Positions 28,376 to 38,202 of a stretch of 64,000 bases of DNA are shown piece by piece (positions within the stretch are counted from its first letter, which is position 1; each line of letters starts with the position of its first letter). The notes below the pieces were generated by a model. It did not search any database, was not told the DNA's origin, and worked only from the letters and a program-made list of their open reading frames with translations. The position numbers were made by a program, and so were the translations under genes. The DNA comes from an uncultured virus (IMG/VR IMGVR_UViG_3300017991_000058) (taxonomy: Duplodnaviria > Heunggongvirae > Uroviricota > Caudoviricetes). The stretch lies in IMG/VR virus record IMGVR_UViG_3300017991_000058; one strand, written 5' to 3'.

Positions 28376-28864
28376 TCACCGCGGCGTCCCCCTGCGCCGC
28401 CCCTCGGACCAGCGAGCGACCACTCGACGCCAGGCGAAGCCGACGCACGCGTCGAGCGAGAGCCCGCGCGCCGTGCAGTATCCGGCCAGCGCTATCACGA
28501 CGTCGCCGACCGCATCCGCGGCGTCGAGCCGCTCCCCTCCGGGATCGTCGACGAGCAGGCGCTCCGCCCTCGCGAGCTCTCCGGCCTCCTCGCAGACGGT
28601 CAGAGTGCGGGCGAGCGGGGACGACAGAGCGTCCGCAGAGAACAGCTCCGCGGCCAGCCTAGCCCTGGCCTCCTGCAGCAGCGTGAGGTCGAGCGCGCCG
28701 CATTCGTTCCTGACGGGCGGCCCGCGACGACAGCCGGCGCAGACCCACGGACCGACGGTCCCGTCGTCGTACCTAGTCTGAATGAGCGACTCCCCTCCGT
28801 CTGCGACGCTCCCGGCGGACGACCCGCAGCGCGCGCACGTCGGCCCGTCTCCTCCGCCGACCAC
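28376..28864 (-). CDS. MazG-like nucleotide pyrophosphohydrolase with N-terminal zinc finger
   Basis: EEAGELA...DAVGDVVIAL; CARC...CAGC; GTG 28864 overlaps the upstream TAG. Confidence 0.7.
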   Translation of the reverse strand: MVGGGDGPTCARCGSSAGSVADGGESLIQTRYDDGTVGPWVCAGCRRGPPVRNECGALDLTLLQEARARLAAELFSADALSSPLARTLTVCEEAGELARAERLLVDDPGGERLDAADAVGDVVIALAGYCTARGLSLDACVGFAWRRVVARWSEGRRRGTPR

Positions 28865-29247
28865 TACACGAACCCCAGCTTGCGCCCGACGCGGACGACG
28901 TGCTGCTCGAGCCGCGCCAGCGACCGCCGGTCGCTCGCCGCCTGCCCGGTGTCGTCGTCTCTGTGAAGCGTAGCCGACCACTCGATCTCGGCGCGGAGCG
29001 CCCGGGCGAACTCGGAGAAGTCCGGCCCGCACGCGCTCTGCCCGTCGCGGACCGCGTCCCACAGGTGCGAGCCGGGAAGGACGTCCGCTCGAAAGTCGCA
29101 GTCGTCCCGCGGGCAGGCGACCACGTCTCCGACGGCCACGCCGTCGTCGTCGCGTGCGACGTCGACCTGGACGAGACCGACCCCGTGCGTCGGGCAGCGG
29201 CCGCCGGCGAGCCGGCGACGCCGCGTCATCTCAGTCTGGTCGGCCAT
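28864..29247 (-). CDS. Hypothetical zinc-binding protein
   Basis: CPTHG...CPRDDC. Confidence 0.55.
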   Translation of the reverse strand: MADQTEMTRRRRLAGGRCPTHGVGLVQVDVARDDDGVAVGDVVACPRDDCDFRADVLPGSHLWDAVRDGQSACGPDFSEFARALRAEIEWSATLHRDDDTGQAASDRRSLARLEQHVVRVGRKLGFV

Positions 29248-29461
29248 CGGACTCGCTCTCCTCTCCGTCGGGAGCCCACGGCTCGAGACGGACGCGCGCC
29301 TCGTTCGTCACCACGGGCATTACGTTCAGGACGCCGTCGAAGCACCGGACGCGGAGCTCCCCGCCATCCGCGATCGCCTCGATGTAGTTCTTCCCCTCAA
29401 GCCGCAGTCGGACTCGGTCGCCCGGCTCCAACTCGAATAGCTTCGTTCCCACGTCGCGCAT
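29231..29461 (-). CDS. Small hypothetical protein
   Basis: ATG 6 nt after GAGCAGTAAC. Confidence 0.5.
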   Translation of the reverse strand: MRDVGTKLFELEPGDRVRLRLEGKNYIEAIADGGELRVRCFDGVLNVMPVVTNEARVRLEPWAPDGEESESDGRPD

Positions 29462-29468
29462 GGCCAGG

Positions 29469-29873
29469 TTACTGCTCATCCCGCGACGCCCCGCGCAGCG
29501 CCCGGTTGAAGGCCCTGCCGATCCGCCGCCGCTGGCGGGCCGAGATCTCGGCGCCTCTCTTCTCGATAGCCCTAACCGTGGGATCGTCGTCCCGCCGCGC
29601 GTGGAAGAACCGCGTCCCCCAGCGACGGCAGTCGAACCCGCGGCAGACGACGGGGCGCCAGTCGTAGATCCCGCAGCCGTCCGGCGTCAGATAGACGCAC
29701 TCTCCGTCGGCGTCCTTCAGGACCTCCATCGCGAAGGACCCGTCGCTCATGGTGACGCGCCGCGTCAGCAGCTCCTCGGCGACGTCCTCGTCCCCGACGG
29801 AGAGCAGGACCATCAGGCGGGAGAGCTGGCAGCAGAGCCGGCAGTCTCCGCACGGGACGCGGACGTCGGTCAC
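29469..29873 (-). CDS. YkgJ-family cysteine-cluster protein
   Basis: CGDCRLCC...GECVYL...GCGIYDWRPVVCRGFDC; ends EQ*. Confidence 0.8.
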   Translation of the reverse strand: MTDVRVPCGDCRLCCQLSRLMVLLSVGDEDVAEELLTRRVTMSDGSFAMEVLKDADGECVYLTPDGCGIYDWRPVVCRGFDCRRWGTRFFHARRDDDPTVRAIEKRGAEISARQRRRIGRAFNRALRGASRDEQ

Positions 29874-30191
29874 CCGCGCGCCCTCCCGCCGCCCTTCGGG
29901 CACCACGCGGGCGGTGGGATCGGCCCGCCGTTCGGATTCGTGTCGTTCGGCGACGGGCTCAGCCCGGTGGCCAGACACTTCGTGTATAGCTCTCGGTCGT
30001 GGACCCTGGACCGGAAGTCCGGACACGCGCGGCAGTCTCGAGGACGGCGCTCCGTCATCGCCTGTCTCTCAGCCACTCGGACACGGACAGCCCGATGGAC
30101 CACGCAACGAACACAGCGGTAACGGCCGCCGCGGACGAGAATATGATCGTGAGATCTAGCATGCTCGGCATCTCGAACCTCCGTCTCTCCG

Positions 30192-30553
30192 TTACTGCTC
30201 CATCGCCCGAGTCGCCGGCGGAATCAGCCCGCGCTCCTCCGCGTAACTCAGGAGCGCCGGCCGGACGCGCGGCGGACTAGGGACTCGAACCCTGACAAGC
30301 TCCCTTACGCGCCCGGTCGGCCTGCCGAGTCCGCCGGACCAGCCGAGCGAGCGAACGAACAGCAAGGCGACGGTCTCTCCGCCGACGACCATCTGGAGCA
30401 CGTCGAGGAGATCCTCGGTCCCGACCGGGACGAGCAAGACGGAGGCCCGAGCCGAATCGACGCCTCGGCATCGGCCGAGAGGCAACCCGACTCGACGGCG
30501 GCGGAGACGAGCTGATCGTCTCCGACGGCCCGACTGCGAACGACCGTGTCCAT
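30192..30553 (-). pseudogene. RLG-motif family gene with an apparent 1-nt deletion at ~30447
   Basis: ...ESGCLSADAEASIRLG continues as ASVLLVPVG...AMEQ* if one G is added to GGG. Confidence 0.6.
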
Positions 30554-30560
30554 GGCGTCG

Positions 30561-31031
30561 TTACTGCTCGTCGGGGGCGAACCCCGCCGGGCTCAGAGAC
30601 GTCGAGCTGGATGCGATCCGCCACGCCATCAGGTGGCGCTGCGGGTCCGTCCAGACGTCGGCAAGCTCGAGGTCCGTGACGACCGGAGGGAGGACGAACG
30701 CCTGGTCGGCCTCTCGAACGCGGAGCACCCCGTGGGCGTAGCCGCTCGCAGACGCTCCGGGCCAGTAGACGCGGGCGACGCGGTAGGCAGACACAACGGA
30801 CGTCCGCTCGCCGGACACGAGCCCAAGGACCAGCCGCCCGTCCGACGTGACGACAGCGACCCTGAGTCCGGACGGCTCTCGACCGAGGAGATAGGCGGAG
30901 CTGGCCGCGTCGACGGCCCCCCAGTCCACGCCCATGACGACGAGCGTCGTCCGCCGACGCCGCTTGTCGAAGGCTCGGAACACGGCACCGTCGCCGAGAG
31001 GAGCGGCTCCCCAGAGCGACGCGTCCGTCAC
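30561..31031 (-). CDS. Hypothetical protein
   Basis: GTG 31031; ends DEQ* on the motif. Confidence 0.55.
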   Translation of the reverse strand: MTDASLWGAAPLGDGAVFRAFDKRRRRTTLVVMGVDWGAVDAASSAYLLGREPSGLRVAVVTSDGRLVLGLVSGERTSVVSAYRVARVYWPGASASGYAHGVLRVREADQAFVLPPVVTDLELADVWTDPQRHLMAWRIASSSTSLSPAGFAPDEQ

Positions 31032-31057
31032 GGCCGGACCTCTCCGACGGCGACGGC

Positions 31058-31552
31058 TCACGGCTGGGCGAGCCTCTCCGGGTCCATGCGCGCGGCGGCG
31101 TCGATCATCCTGGCGGCCCACCGGAGGCGCATGAACCGCGATCCGGACCGCGTCAGGATCTCCCCGACGACGAGGTCGGAGATCTCCATGGTGACGGAGA
31201 ACTCCGGACGGTCAAAGGCGCCGGACTCGGCGAACTCCCCGAACCACCGACATCTGGCCGGCCACACGACGCGGGCGAACCTCGCGGCGGCGGCCCGCGA
31301 CACGGGGACGCGGCGCTCGCGCTTGACGGATCTCTTACCACGCACATCGAACGTTGCCCGATCGACCGTCGCGTCGACGACGAGGCCGTGGACGGGCAGG
31401 ACGACGTTGTCGGCCAGCCAGACGTCGTCCTCCGCGTCGTCGAGCCGCGTCACCGCCATGTGGCCGAGGATCTCCCCGATGCTCTCGGCTACGATCGCAA
31501 CGGACGGGCTCGACGTCTCCTTCTGCCTTGCGACGAACTCCATCACGGACAT
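31058..31552 (-). CDS. Hypothetical protein
   Basis: GGAGG RBS. Confidence 0.55.
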   Translation of the reverse strand: MSVMEFVARQKETSSPSVAIVAESIGEILGHMAVTRLDDAEDDVWLADNVVLPVHGLVVDATVDRATFDVRGKRSVKRERRVPVSRAAAARFARVVWPARCRWFGEFAESGAFDRPEFSVTMEISDLVVGEILTRSGSRFMRLRWAARMIDAAARMDPERLAQP

Positions 31553-31773
31553 GGACCCTCCAACGGCGGCGGGGCGGCCTCCCGAGCATCGAGGCGTCTC
31601 CGCCCCGCGGGACCTGGAGAGCCCGCCGGGCGACCTCGATTCGCGAGACGAGCCAGGAGGGGGGAGGGGCTGAGCATCACCCCGCCCCGCGTTCGCTCTC
31701 CCGAGCTCGAGAGACCCCCGTCTGAAGCCGGGTCCCGCCTCCAGTGGTTACTGCGCGTCTCGGCGGAGACCCG

Positions 31774-32150
31774 TCACGGGAAGCTCATATCGACGCGGGC
31801 GTCGACGACGTCCCAGACCGCGAATCGCCTGGACTCGAAGATCCGGCAGTCCCCCAGGACGAGGCGCGCTGCGAACGCGGGGCGGGTCCAGTGGGTGGGC
31901 TCGACCGCGTTGTGGGGGTTGATGTCGCGCTCGCCGGGCCAGCGGAGCAGGGCGAGGCGAGCTCCGGAGAGCCCCGGCGAGAGGAGGACGTCTCGGGCGC
32001 CGAGACGGTCCTCACGTCGTCCATGTGCAGGCGAGCCACCGACGCCCCGGCGGCCAGGTCGTCGTCGTCGTCGCCCAGGACGGCGACGCAGGTCTCCCGC
32101 CTAATCCAGGGACCGTTGTCCGACTCAGCTCTCAGGACGAGCGCCGTCAC
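31774..32150 (-). pseudogene. RLG-motif family gene with an apparent 1-nt deletion at ~32014
   Basis: ...ARLHMDDV joins EDRLGARDVLLSPG...DMSFP* in the -1 frame. Confidence 0.55.
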
Positions 32151-32539
32151 CGCAAGTCCCTCAGCCAGAACCGCCTGACGTCGAACACGGGCAGGACGAC
32201 GCTCTCGAACAGGCTCCGGACCCACACGGGAGACGCACCGCCGACCGCGGACCACCCGACGGGCGCGAGGATCGAGCCGGACTGACCGGGAACCGGGTAG
32301 GAGCGCTTGTCGTCGCGCAGCGGGGCGTCGAGCCTGACGACGAGCCACTCGACGACGTCCCGCCGCTCGACGGTCTTGTTCATCTCGACGACGACGAGAT
32401 CGTCGTCGGCAACCCACCCCCCTCCGAGACGGATCTCGGACTCGATCTCGGGCGGGAACATGCCGAGAAGGATATCGACCGCCTCGGCGTCGTTCCGCGC
32501 CGACCACAACAGCTCCATCAGGTCAGTGCCCGTCGCCAT
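32147..32539 (-). CDS. RLG-motif family protein
   Basis: DILLGMFPPEIESEIRLGGG. Confidence 0.7.
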   Translation of the reverse strand: MATGTDLMELLWSARNDAEAVDILLGMFPPEIESEIRLGGGWVADDDLVVVEMNKTVERRDVVEWLVVRLDAPLRDDKRSYPVPGQSGSILAPVGWSAVGGASPVWVRSLFESVVLPVFDVRRFWLRDLR

Positions 32540-32770
32540 CGTCGTCGTCCAGACCGAGCATCTTGCGCGCCTCGGCGTAGGGGATCGCCGCCTGCTCCGG
32601 GTCGGCCAGGCGGCGCATCGCCTCCTCCGCGTCCCAGCGGTCCGCGAGCTCTTCCGCCTCTCTCAGCGCCTCGTGGCTGAGCAGCATTCCGCTGCAGCGC
32701 GGACAGACGCCGCCGGACTCGCCGGAGACGACGCCGCAGCCGTCCCCATTGACCCCGCGACCGACGCACA

Positions 32771-33202
32771 CTACGGATCGGCGGCGACGCCCTTCTGCCA
32801 CGGGAATCTCCCGTCCCGCCCCGGGACGACGACCCAGAACGGAACTCTCAAACGGCTGAAGACCTGCGCCACGACGAGACGACAGACGGCCTCGTCGACG
32901 AACAGCCACCCGACGTCGCCGACGAAGTCCACGGCGCCGCGATCGAGATCGACGACCCCGTCGATGTGGGTGACGCGGACGAACGTGTACCGAACAGCCC
33001 GGCGTCCGTCTCGGCCGTCGAACCCGCGCTCTACCACGGCCAACCCGGACGCCCCGCCGACAAGCACGGTCTCCGCCGCCACGTCCGCTCCGAGCGGGCG
33101 CAGAATGGCGTCGACCTGCCCGTCCGAGAACGACCCGGCGCTCAAGCCGTCCGACCTCTCGACGGAGATCGTCTCGGAGATGTGGGGGCCGGCGTCCGTC
33201 AC
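32771..33202 (-). CDS. Hypothetical protein
   Basis: GTG 33202, coupled. Confidence 0.5.
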   Translation of the reverse strand: MTDAGPHISETISVERSDGLSAGSFSDGQVDAILRPLGADVAAETVLVGGASGLAVVERGFDGRDGRRAVRYTFVRVTHIDGVVDLDRGAVDFVGDVGWLFVDEAVCRLVVAQVFSRLRVPFWVVVPGRDGRFPWQKGVAADP

Positions 33203-33573
33203 CGCCCATCTCCGACGGAGACGACGCCGCCGACCGCCCAAGCGCCGACGATCCGGAACAGCGGGTCTGCGTCGTCGTGCGCAGGCGCTACGACGACGAC
33301 GGCCCGCGGCGCGCCGGAGACCCACAGCTCCCACACGACCCCGCAGCCGTCCGGAGACGGATGACCTCCGACGAACAGGGCGCGGTCTCCGAGCCTCAGG
33401 ACGGACTCGATCTCCGGCGGGAGACCCAACGATCCGGACATGAGCCGATCGGCCAGCCGCCCGGACGCGGCCTCCGTCGGAGTGAAGAACCCCTGCTCGG
33501 AGAGGACGACGGTCTCGAGCGTCCCGTCCAGGTCCCCCAGGTCTATCAGGGCGTCGCGCTCACCGCCGCTCAT
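33199..33573 (-). CDS. RLG-motif family protein
   Basis: LGLPPEIESVLRLGD. Confidence 0.7.
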   Translation of the reverse strand: MSGGERDALIDLGDLDGTLETVVLSEQGFFTPTEAASGRLADRLMSGSLGLPPEIESVLRLGDRALFVGGHPSPDGCGVVWELWVSGAPRAVVVVAPAHDDADPLFRIVGAWAVGGVVSVGDGR

Positions 33574-34256
33574 CGTCGGGCTCCCAGCCGCACGCGACGC
33601 ATCGAGCGCATGCTATCGACCGCGCTAGGCACCTGGGACAGACCCCGGTGTGGACCCAGTGGAGGTGCGCGTCCGGGGTCCGCGGACGGTAGCGGACGAC
33701 GGCCCCGTCCCTGCACGCGTCGAAGTGCTCGGACAGGAGTCTGTCGGCCAGGTCGGTGCTGTGGTCGGTCATCGCGTCCTCTGCCATCCGAGCCAGGCGC
33801 TCCGCCCGGCTCCCGCAGCGTGGAAGTAGATCCGAATCCCGTCGAACCCGACGTACGTGCGCAGCGACCCCCACGAGCCGTCCGCGTCGACGCGGAGCCC
33901 CTCGCCAGGATACGAACCGAGACGGAGCGTCGTGTCGCCGATCGTGTGCGTCTTCGTGGGCGGCAGGGTCATCGGTACTTCCTCAGTCCGGCCGGGCGGC
34001 GCCCGCCACGCGACTCCAGCACGGCGACGCGGCGCTCGAGCCGCTCGATCTCCGCCGCCTGCGCCCGAGCGACGCGGGCCAGGTCTCCGACCGGCCCGGT
34101 CGCGTTCTCCAAGACCCGCTGAATGAGCTCGGCGGTCTCTCTCTCGGTCATCGGCCACCTCCGTTCCGATTACTGCTCGTCCGCGCCGCGGACGTCCCGG
34201 CCCAGGGCCTCCGACGGACGGCCCGAGCGGCAGGCGGCATATCGGACAGCGGGCGG

Positions 34257-34580
34257 TCACCCCCACACCCAACTGTCCGCGCGGACGCCCCACCCGAGCG
34301 ACTTGGCGGCGGCGACGGCCCTGCGGACGGTGACGGTGAAGCTGGACGTCCCCAGACGGGCGACGACGACATCTCCCCCGAACGGAGAGGCAACGGACAC
34401 GACGACGTCCGCGCGGCCGGATCGGAGGGTCTCGACGCCGAGGACGGCGTCGACCTCTCCGCCGAGCCGCACGAAGGACGCCAGCGCCGGGTCGGAGACG
34501 GCGTCGGCCACAGCGCCGACCAGGACGTCGTTCGACGGACCCCAGCGCGAGACGCCGAACAGCCGGTCGAGGTCCGTCAC
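34257..34580 (-). CDS. RLG-motif family protein
   Basis: DPALASFVRLGG. Confidence 0.65.
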   Translation of the reverse strand: MTDLDRLFGVSRWGPSNDVLVGAVADAVSDPALASFVRLGGEVDAVLGVETLRSGRADVVVSVASPFGGDVVVARLGTSSFTVTVRRAVAAAKSLGWGVRADSWVWG

Positions 34581-35059
34581 GGCCGGCCCCCGTCGACGAG
34601 CTCCGCCGCGTGGACGACGAACCTCCTCGGCCCGATCTCCCACCCGTCCGTCGTCGACTGCTCGGCGAACCTCCCGGCGAACCGAGCGACGACGCGGCCG
34701 GAGACCTCGAGACGGTAGGGAAGCCGGACGCTTCGGTCGACCCAGATGACCCGGACGTCCGCCCCGAGGCGCACCGCGGACGCGACGTCCGGGGCCCCGC
34801 CGCGCAGGAGCTCCAGGGACTCCACGACGGCGACCGCGACGGTCGAGACACGCGGGTCGAGCCTGTCGAACACGACCATCTCGTACCGCGGCGGGACCTC
34901 CGACGTGACGAACACCAGGCGGCACTCCGAGCCCAGCATCATCTCGGCGGCGACGGTCGGCCACAGCTCGCCGACGGCGGCGACGAGGAGCGACTCGATC
35001 TCGGGCTCCCGGCCGAGGTCCAGCCCGTCGGAGACCGGCGCCCAGCGGTCCCGGCTCAC
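34577..35059 (-). CDS. RLG-motif family protein with two motif copies
   Basis: ELWPTVAAEMMLGS and APDVASAVRLGA. Confidence 0.7.
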   Translation of the reverse strand: MSRDRWAPVSDGLDLGREPEIESLLVAAVGELWPTVAAEMMLGSECRLVFVTSEVPPRYEMVVFDRLDPRVSTVAVAVVESLELLRGGAPDVASAVRLGADVRVIWVDRSVRLPYRLEVSGRVVARFAGRFAEQSTTDGWEIGPRRFVVHAAELVDGGRP

Positions 35060-35367
35060 GGCACGCCCCAATAGTCCCGCTCGTCCCGCTCGTCCACGAC
35101 GACGAACCTCCCCACGTCGACGGCGTCCGGGGCCGAACAGTCGACGGCGGACGCCGCCCCGTTCAGGACGTCGAACCTGGCCGCGATCCGCCCGTCGACG
35201 ACCAGCGTGCAGGGCAGGCGGAGAGCGACGTCGACGAGGACGTACGCCGACCGGCCGAGCCTGGCCGCCGCCCCGGCGTCCGGAGCCTCCAGCTCGAGCC
35301 GGCGGATCGCGGCCTCGACGAGCGCGGAGCGGTACATGCGGCCGGCCGCGAGGCGGTCGTCGCTCAT
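35056..35367 (-). CDS. RLG-motif family protein
   Basis: EAPDAGAAARLGR. Confidence 0.6.
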   Translation of the reverse strand: MSDDRLAAGRMYRSALVEAAIRRLELEAPDAGAAARLGRSAYVLVDVALRLPCTLVVDGRIAARFDVLNGAASAVDCSAPDAVDVGRFVVVDERDERDYWGVP

Positions 35368-35657
35368 CGGAGCGGCTCCACGTAGACGCGGCCGCCGAGG
35401 TCGAAGACGACCCCGAACCCCGCGGCGGCCAGGGCCGACTCCGGGCAGGGCGAGAGGGAGACCCGCCCGCGGGCGGACCACATCTCGACGCCCCCGACGT
35501 CGACGGGGCGGACGCCGAACCGCTCGAGGTCGACCCGGGCGACGAGCGCCGCCGTCCGGGCCGCGCGGAGGCGGAGCCGCTCGGCGAACTCGGCCCCGCC
35601 GCCCGGCCCCGGGACGAGGACGGTGCGCAGACCCCAAGGAGAGCTCGCGATCGCCAT
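35364..35657 (-). CDS. Hypothetical protein
   Basis: ATG 7 nt after GAGCAGTGAC. Confidence 0.5.
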   Translation of the reverse strand: MAIASSPWGLRTVLVPGPGGGAEFAERLRLRAARTAALVARVDLERFGVRPVDVGGVEMWSARGRVSLSPCPESALAAAGFGVVFDLGGRVYVEPLR

Positions 35658-35665
35658 CCCGAACG

Positions 35666-35947
35666 TCACTGCTCGTCTCCCCCCGAGGCCCGCCCCGGGC
35701 CTCGGACCGCGTCGACCTCGAACCCCACGACCCGCCCGCCGAGCCACCGGAGCCAGTGCCCCTCGACGCGGACGGCGCCCCCGCCCCCGAACCGGAGCTC
35801 GTAGACCCCGGCCCCGAGCCGCTCGACCGAGAGCGACCCGGAGAGCCGGATCTCCGCCGCGAGCTCGGGCGCGAGCGCGCGGAGCGCCGCGTCGACCGGC
35901 CGGTCCGAGCAGGGGGCGGTCACGACGAGCCCGGCGGAACCGTCCAT
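35666..35947 (-). CDS. RLG-motif family protein
   Basis: ALRALAPELAAEIRLSG; ends DEQ*. Confidence 0.65.
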   Translation of the reverse strand: MDGSAGLVVTAPCSDRPVDAALRALAPELAAEIRLSGSLSVERLGAGVYELRFGGGGAVRVEGHWLRWLGGRVVGFEVDAVRGPGRASGGDEQ

Positions 35948-35949
35948 CC

Positions 35950-36610
35950 CGAACGTCGCTGCTCGCGCGCCCGACCCTCGGACCGAACGTCAGCGCCGGA
36001 AAGGCCGCGCCCCGGGGAGCGGCGGAGCCGAACCGAACGTCCGGCCCGAGACTCCCGGGCGCGACGTCGGCTCCGTCGCGCGGCCCGACCCCGGGGGCAC
36101 CTCCGAGTCGCGGTCCGCCGCGCGGGGCGGCGGGAGCGAGGCCGACCGCCCGCGCGCCCGGGGCACCCCGAAGACCGGAGCCGCGCGGGCGGTCGCACGC
36201 CGCCCGCGGCGAGCCCGCGCGAGACGTCCGAACAGAAGGCGACCGCCCGCGGGGCGGGCGCGCGGGCGGTCCGAACCCGTAGATGACCGCCCGCGGGGCG
36301 CGGAGGACTCGGATCGCGGTGGGGAGGGCTGTCCGACGGACCGAAGCCGAACCGACGGACCGGGACCCCCCGGGGGGCAGGCCGGGGCCGAGCCCGGCCC
36401 GCCGAGGGTGACGGGATACCGTCACCTCCGCATCGATAGAGATCACGGGGGGTTGCGCGGGCACGGGCCGTGACCGCACGGACCCCGCGTCACGGCGGCG
36501 GCGGCGGGAGGGCGCTCGACGTGGCGCAGTGTGGCCCAATCCGCGTGGGATGACGCGGGGTTAGGTGACCCCACCGATCGGGAGCGCTCCCCCGGCGCGC
36601 GCGCGCGTAC
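35950..36610. repeat. Non-coding, extremely GC-rich region with direct and inverted GACCGCCCGCG repeats
   Basis: 14-bp IR 36143-36156/36182-36195; 11-bp IR 36241-36251/36261-36271; 16-bp DR 36241-36256/36285-36300. Confidence 0.75.
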
Positions 36611-36619
36611 GTAGAGGGC

Positions 36620-37405
36620 TCAGTGGAGGGAGCTCGGGTCGGCCGGCGGGACGTCGTCGACGGTCAGGTCGGGGGTCTCGGTCGGGACGAGCCCGCGGCT
36701 CCGAGCCCGCTCGAGCGCGCGGTTGGCGATCTCGATGGTGCGGGCGGCGTCCTCGAGCGACATGTTGCTGGCGTCGATGCCGATGACGGCGGTCGGCTCG
36801 CCCATCAGGAGCCGCTCCATCTCGAGCGCCATCTTGGCGCACTCCGCGGCGTTGCGCGTCACGGACGAGAGCGACGCCATGAAGCGCATCGTCTCAGACG
36901 GGGTCAGGACGGCGGCCCCGGTCTTCAGCTTGGTCTCGAGCTCCCTGGCCTTGTCGATCCCGGCGCTGATGAGCCTGGACGCCGCCGACATCAGGGCGAT
37001 GGTGTTCGCTCGGGTGAGCTTGACCATCTGCCCCTCCTGCTCCCGGGTCGCCACGGCGTCGTCCTTGGCGAGCATCCTCGCCGCCGCGTCCCCCGTCGCC
37101 GGCGGCCCCGCCTCGCCGGCGGGGCGACCCTCTCCGGCGTCCGCCGACTCCGCCGCCATCAGGACGGCGGCCTGACGGCGGGACCGGGCCAGGACCTGCT
37201 CCTCCCTCAGAACGTCTTTGATTGCGGGGAGATGGCGGTCCGTCCAACCGCGGAGCCAGGCCCGCCGGGCGGTCTCGCGCCCGACCCCCGCCGAACGGGC
37301 AGCAGCGCTGACATTGCCCGGAATTTCTCGGAAGGCGTCGAGGAGGCTCTCGTAAGTGGTCCTCCCGACGAGGTTGCTGACGACCTTCTTCTTCTTCTGC
37401 GGCAT
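36620..37405 (-). CDS. HTH protein, possible terminase small subunit
   Basis: GNVSAAARSAGVGRETARRAW HTH, helical body; GGAGGAGG RBS; extended -10 TGGTATCGT. Confidence 0.55.
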   Translation of the reverse strand: MPQKKKKVVSNLVGRTTYESLLDAFREIPGNVSAAARSAGVGRETARRAWLRGWTDRHLPAIKDVLREEQVLARSRRQAAVLMAAESADAGEGRPAGEAGPPATGDAAARMLAKDDAVATREQEGQMVKLTRANTIALMSAASRLISAGIDKARELETKLKTGAAVLTPSETMRFMASLSSVTRNAAECAKMALEMERLLMGEPTAVIGIDASNMSLEDAARTIEIANRALERARSRGLVPTETPDLTVDDVPPADPSSLH

Positions 37406-37699
37406 GCGCTACGACCTCCTCCGGAGACGATACCATCGCCGTGCGGCGGTGCGCAAGGGCGGCGCCACCGGCGGCGGTGCGGCCCTCGTGCGGCGTGGCG
37501 GGGGCGCCGAGGCGCGTTCGTGGGCGGAGGCGGGGGTCGGGCGGGGCGGGGTCGGCGGCCGTCTGGGGGGCGGCCGGACGGCCTCCCGGGGCGGGTGGGG
37601 GGAGTCTCACTCGTCCGCGTTCGGGGACCGGCCCCGACGGAGGCCGACGGCGCGGGAGACGTCGCGCTCGGGGCGGCCGTCGACGGCGACGGGGGCGAG

Positions 37700-38201
37700 C
37701 TCGACCGCGGTCTTCGCGGTCACCGGTCGCCCCGGTCGGGGAGCGGCGGCCGTCGTCGTCGGGGTGGGGGACCTCTGCGAGCGGGAGGTCGAGCTCCTCG
37801 GCGACGCGGGCGACGGCGGCCCGGACCTCTCCCCGACGGAGCGCCGGCGGCCCCCCGGCTCGAGGCGGCCCCCGTCGACGAGGACCTCGGTGACGTCGAT
37901 CCGCTCCTCGTCGTGCCGCCGGCCGTCGAGTGCGACGTCCCCTCGGCCCGTCCGTCCCCGGAGGCGCTCGAGGACGGCGACGCTCGAGGCGAGCCGGTCT
38001 CCGACGTCGAGCGGGCGCCGGAGCTCGAGGCGGGCGAGGACCTCCCCGTCGAAGCGGAGGACCGGGACGAGCCCGTCGGCCGCCCCCCCGCCGAGGCGGA
38101 CGACGGCGGCGGCGACGTCCGGCGGGAGCGCGTCGAGGACCTCCTCGGCGGTCCGGGCGGTGAAGGTCCCCCCGCCTTTTGAGCTCCGGTCCCCCGCGCA
38201 C
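37700..38201 (-). pseudogene. RLG-motif family gene with an apparent frameshift at ~37851-37856; ends uncertain
   Basis: EEVLDALPPDVAAAVVRLGGG..GL..LRFDG in one frame; AEELDLPLAEVPHPDDD (matches 44036-44434) in the -1 frame across a G6 run. Confidence 0.6.
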
Positions 38202-38202
38202 G

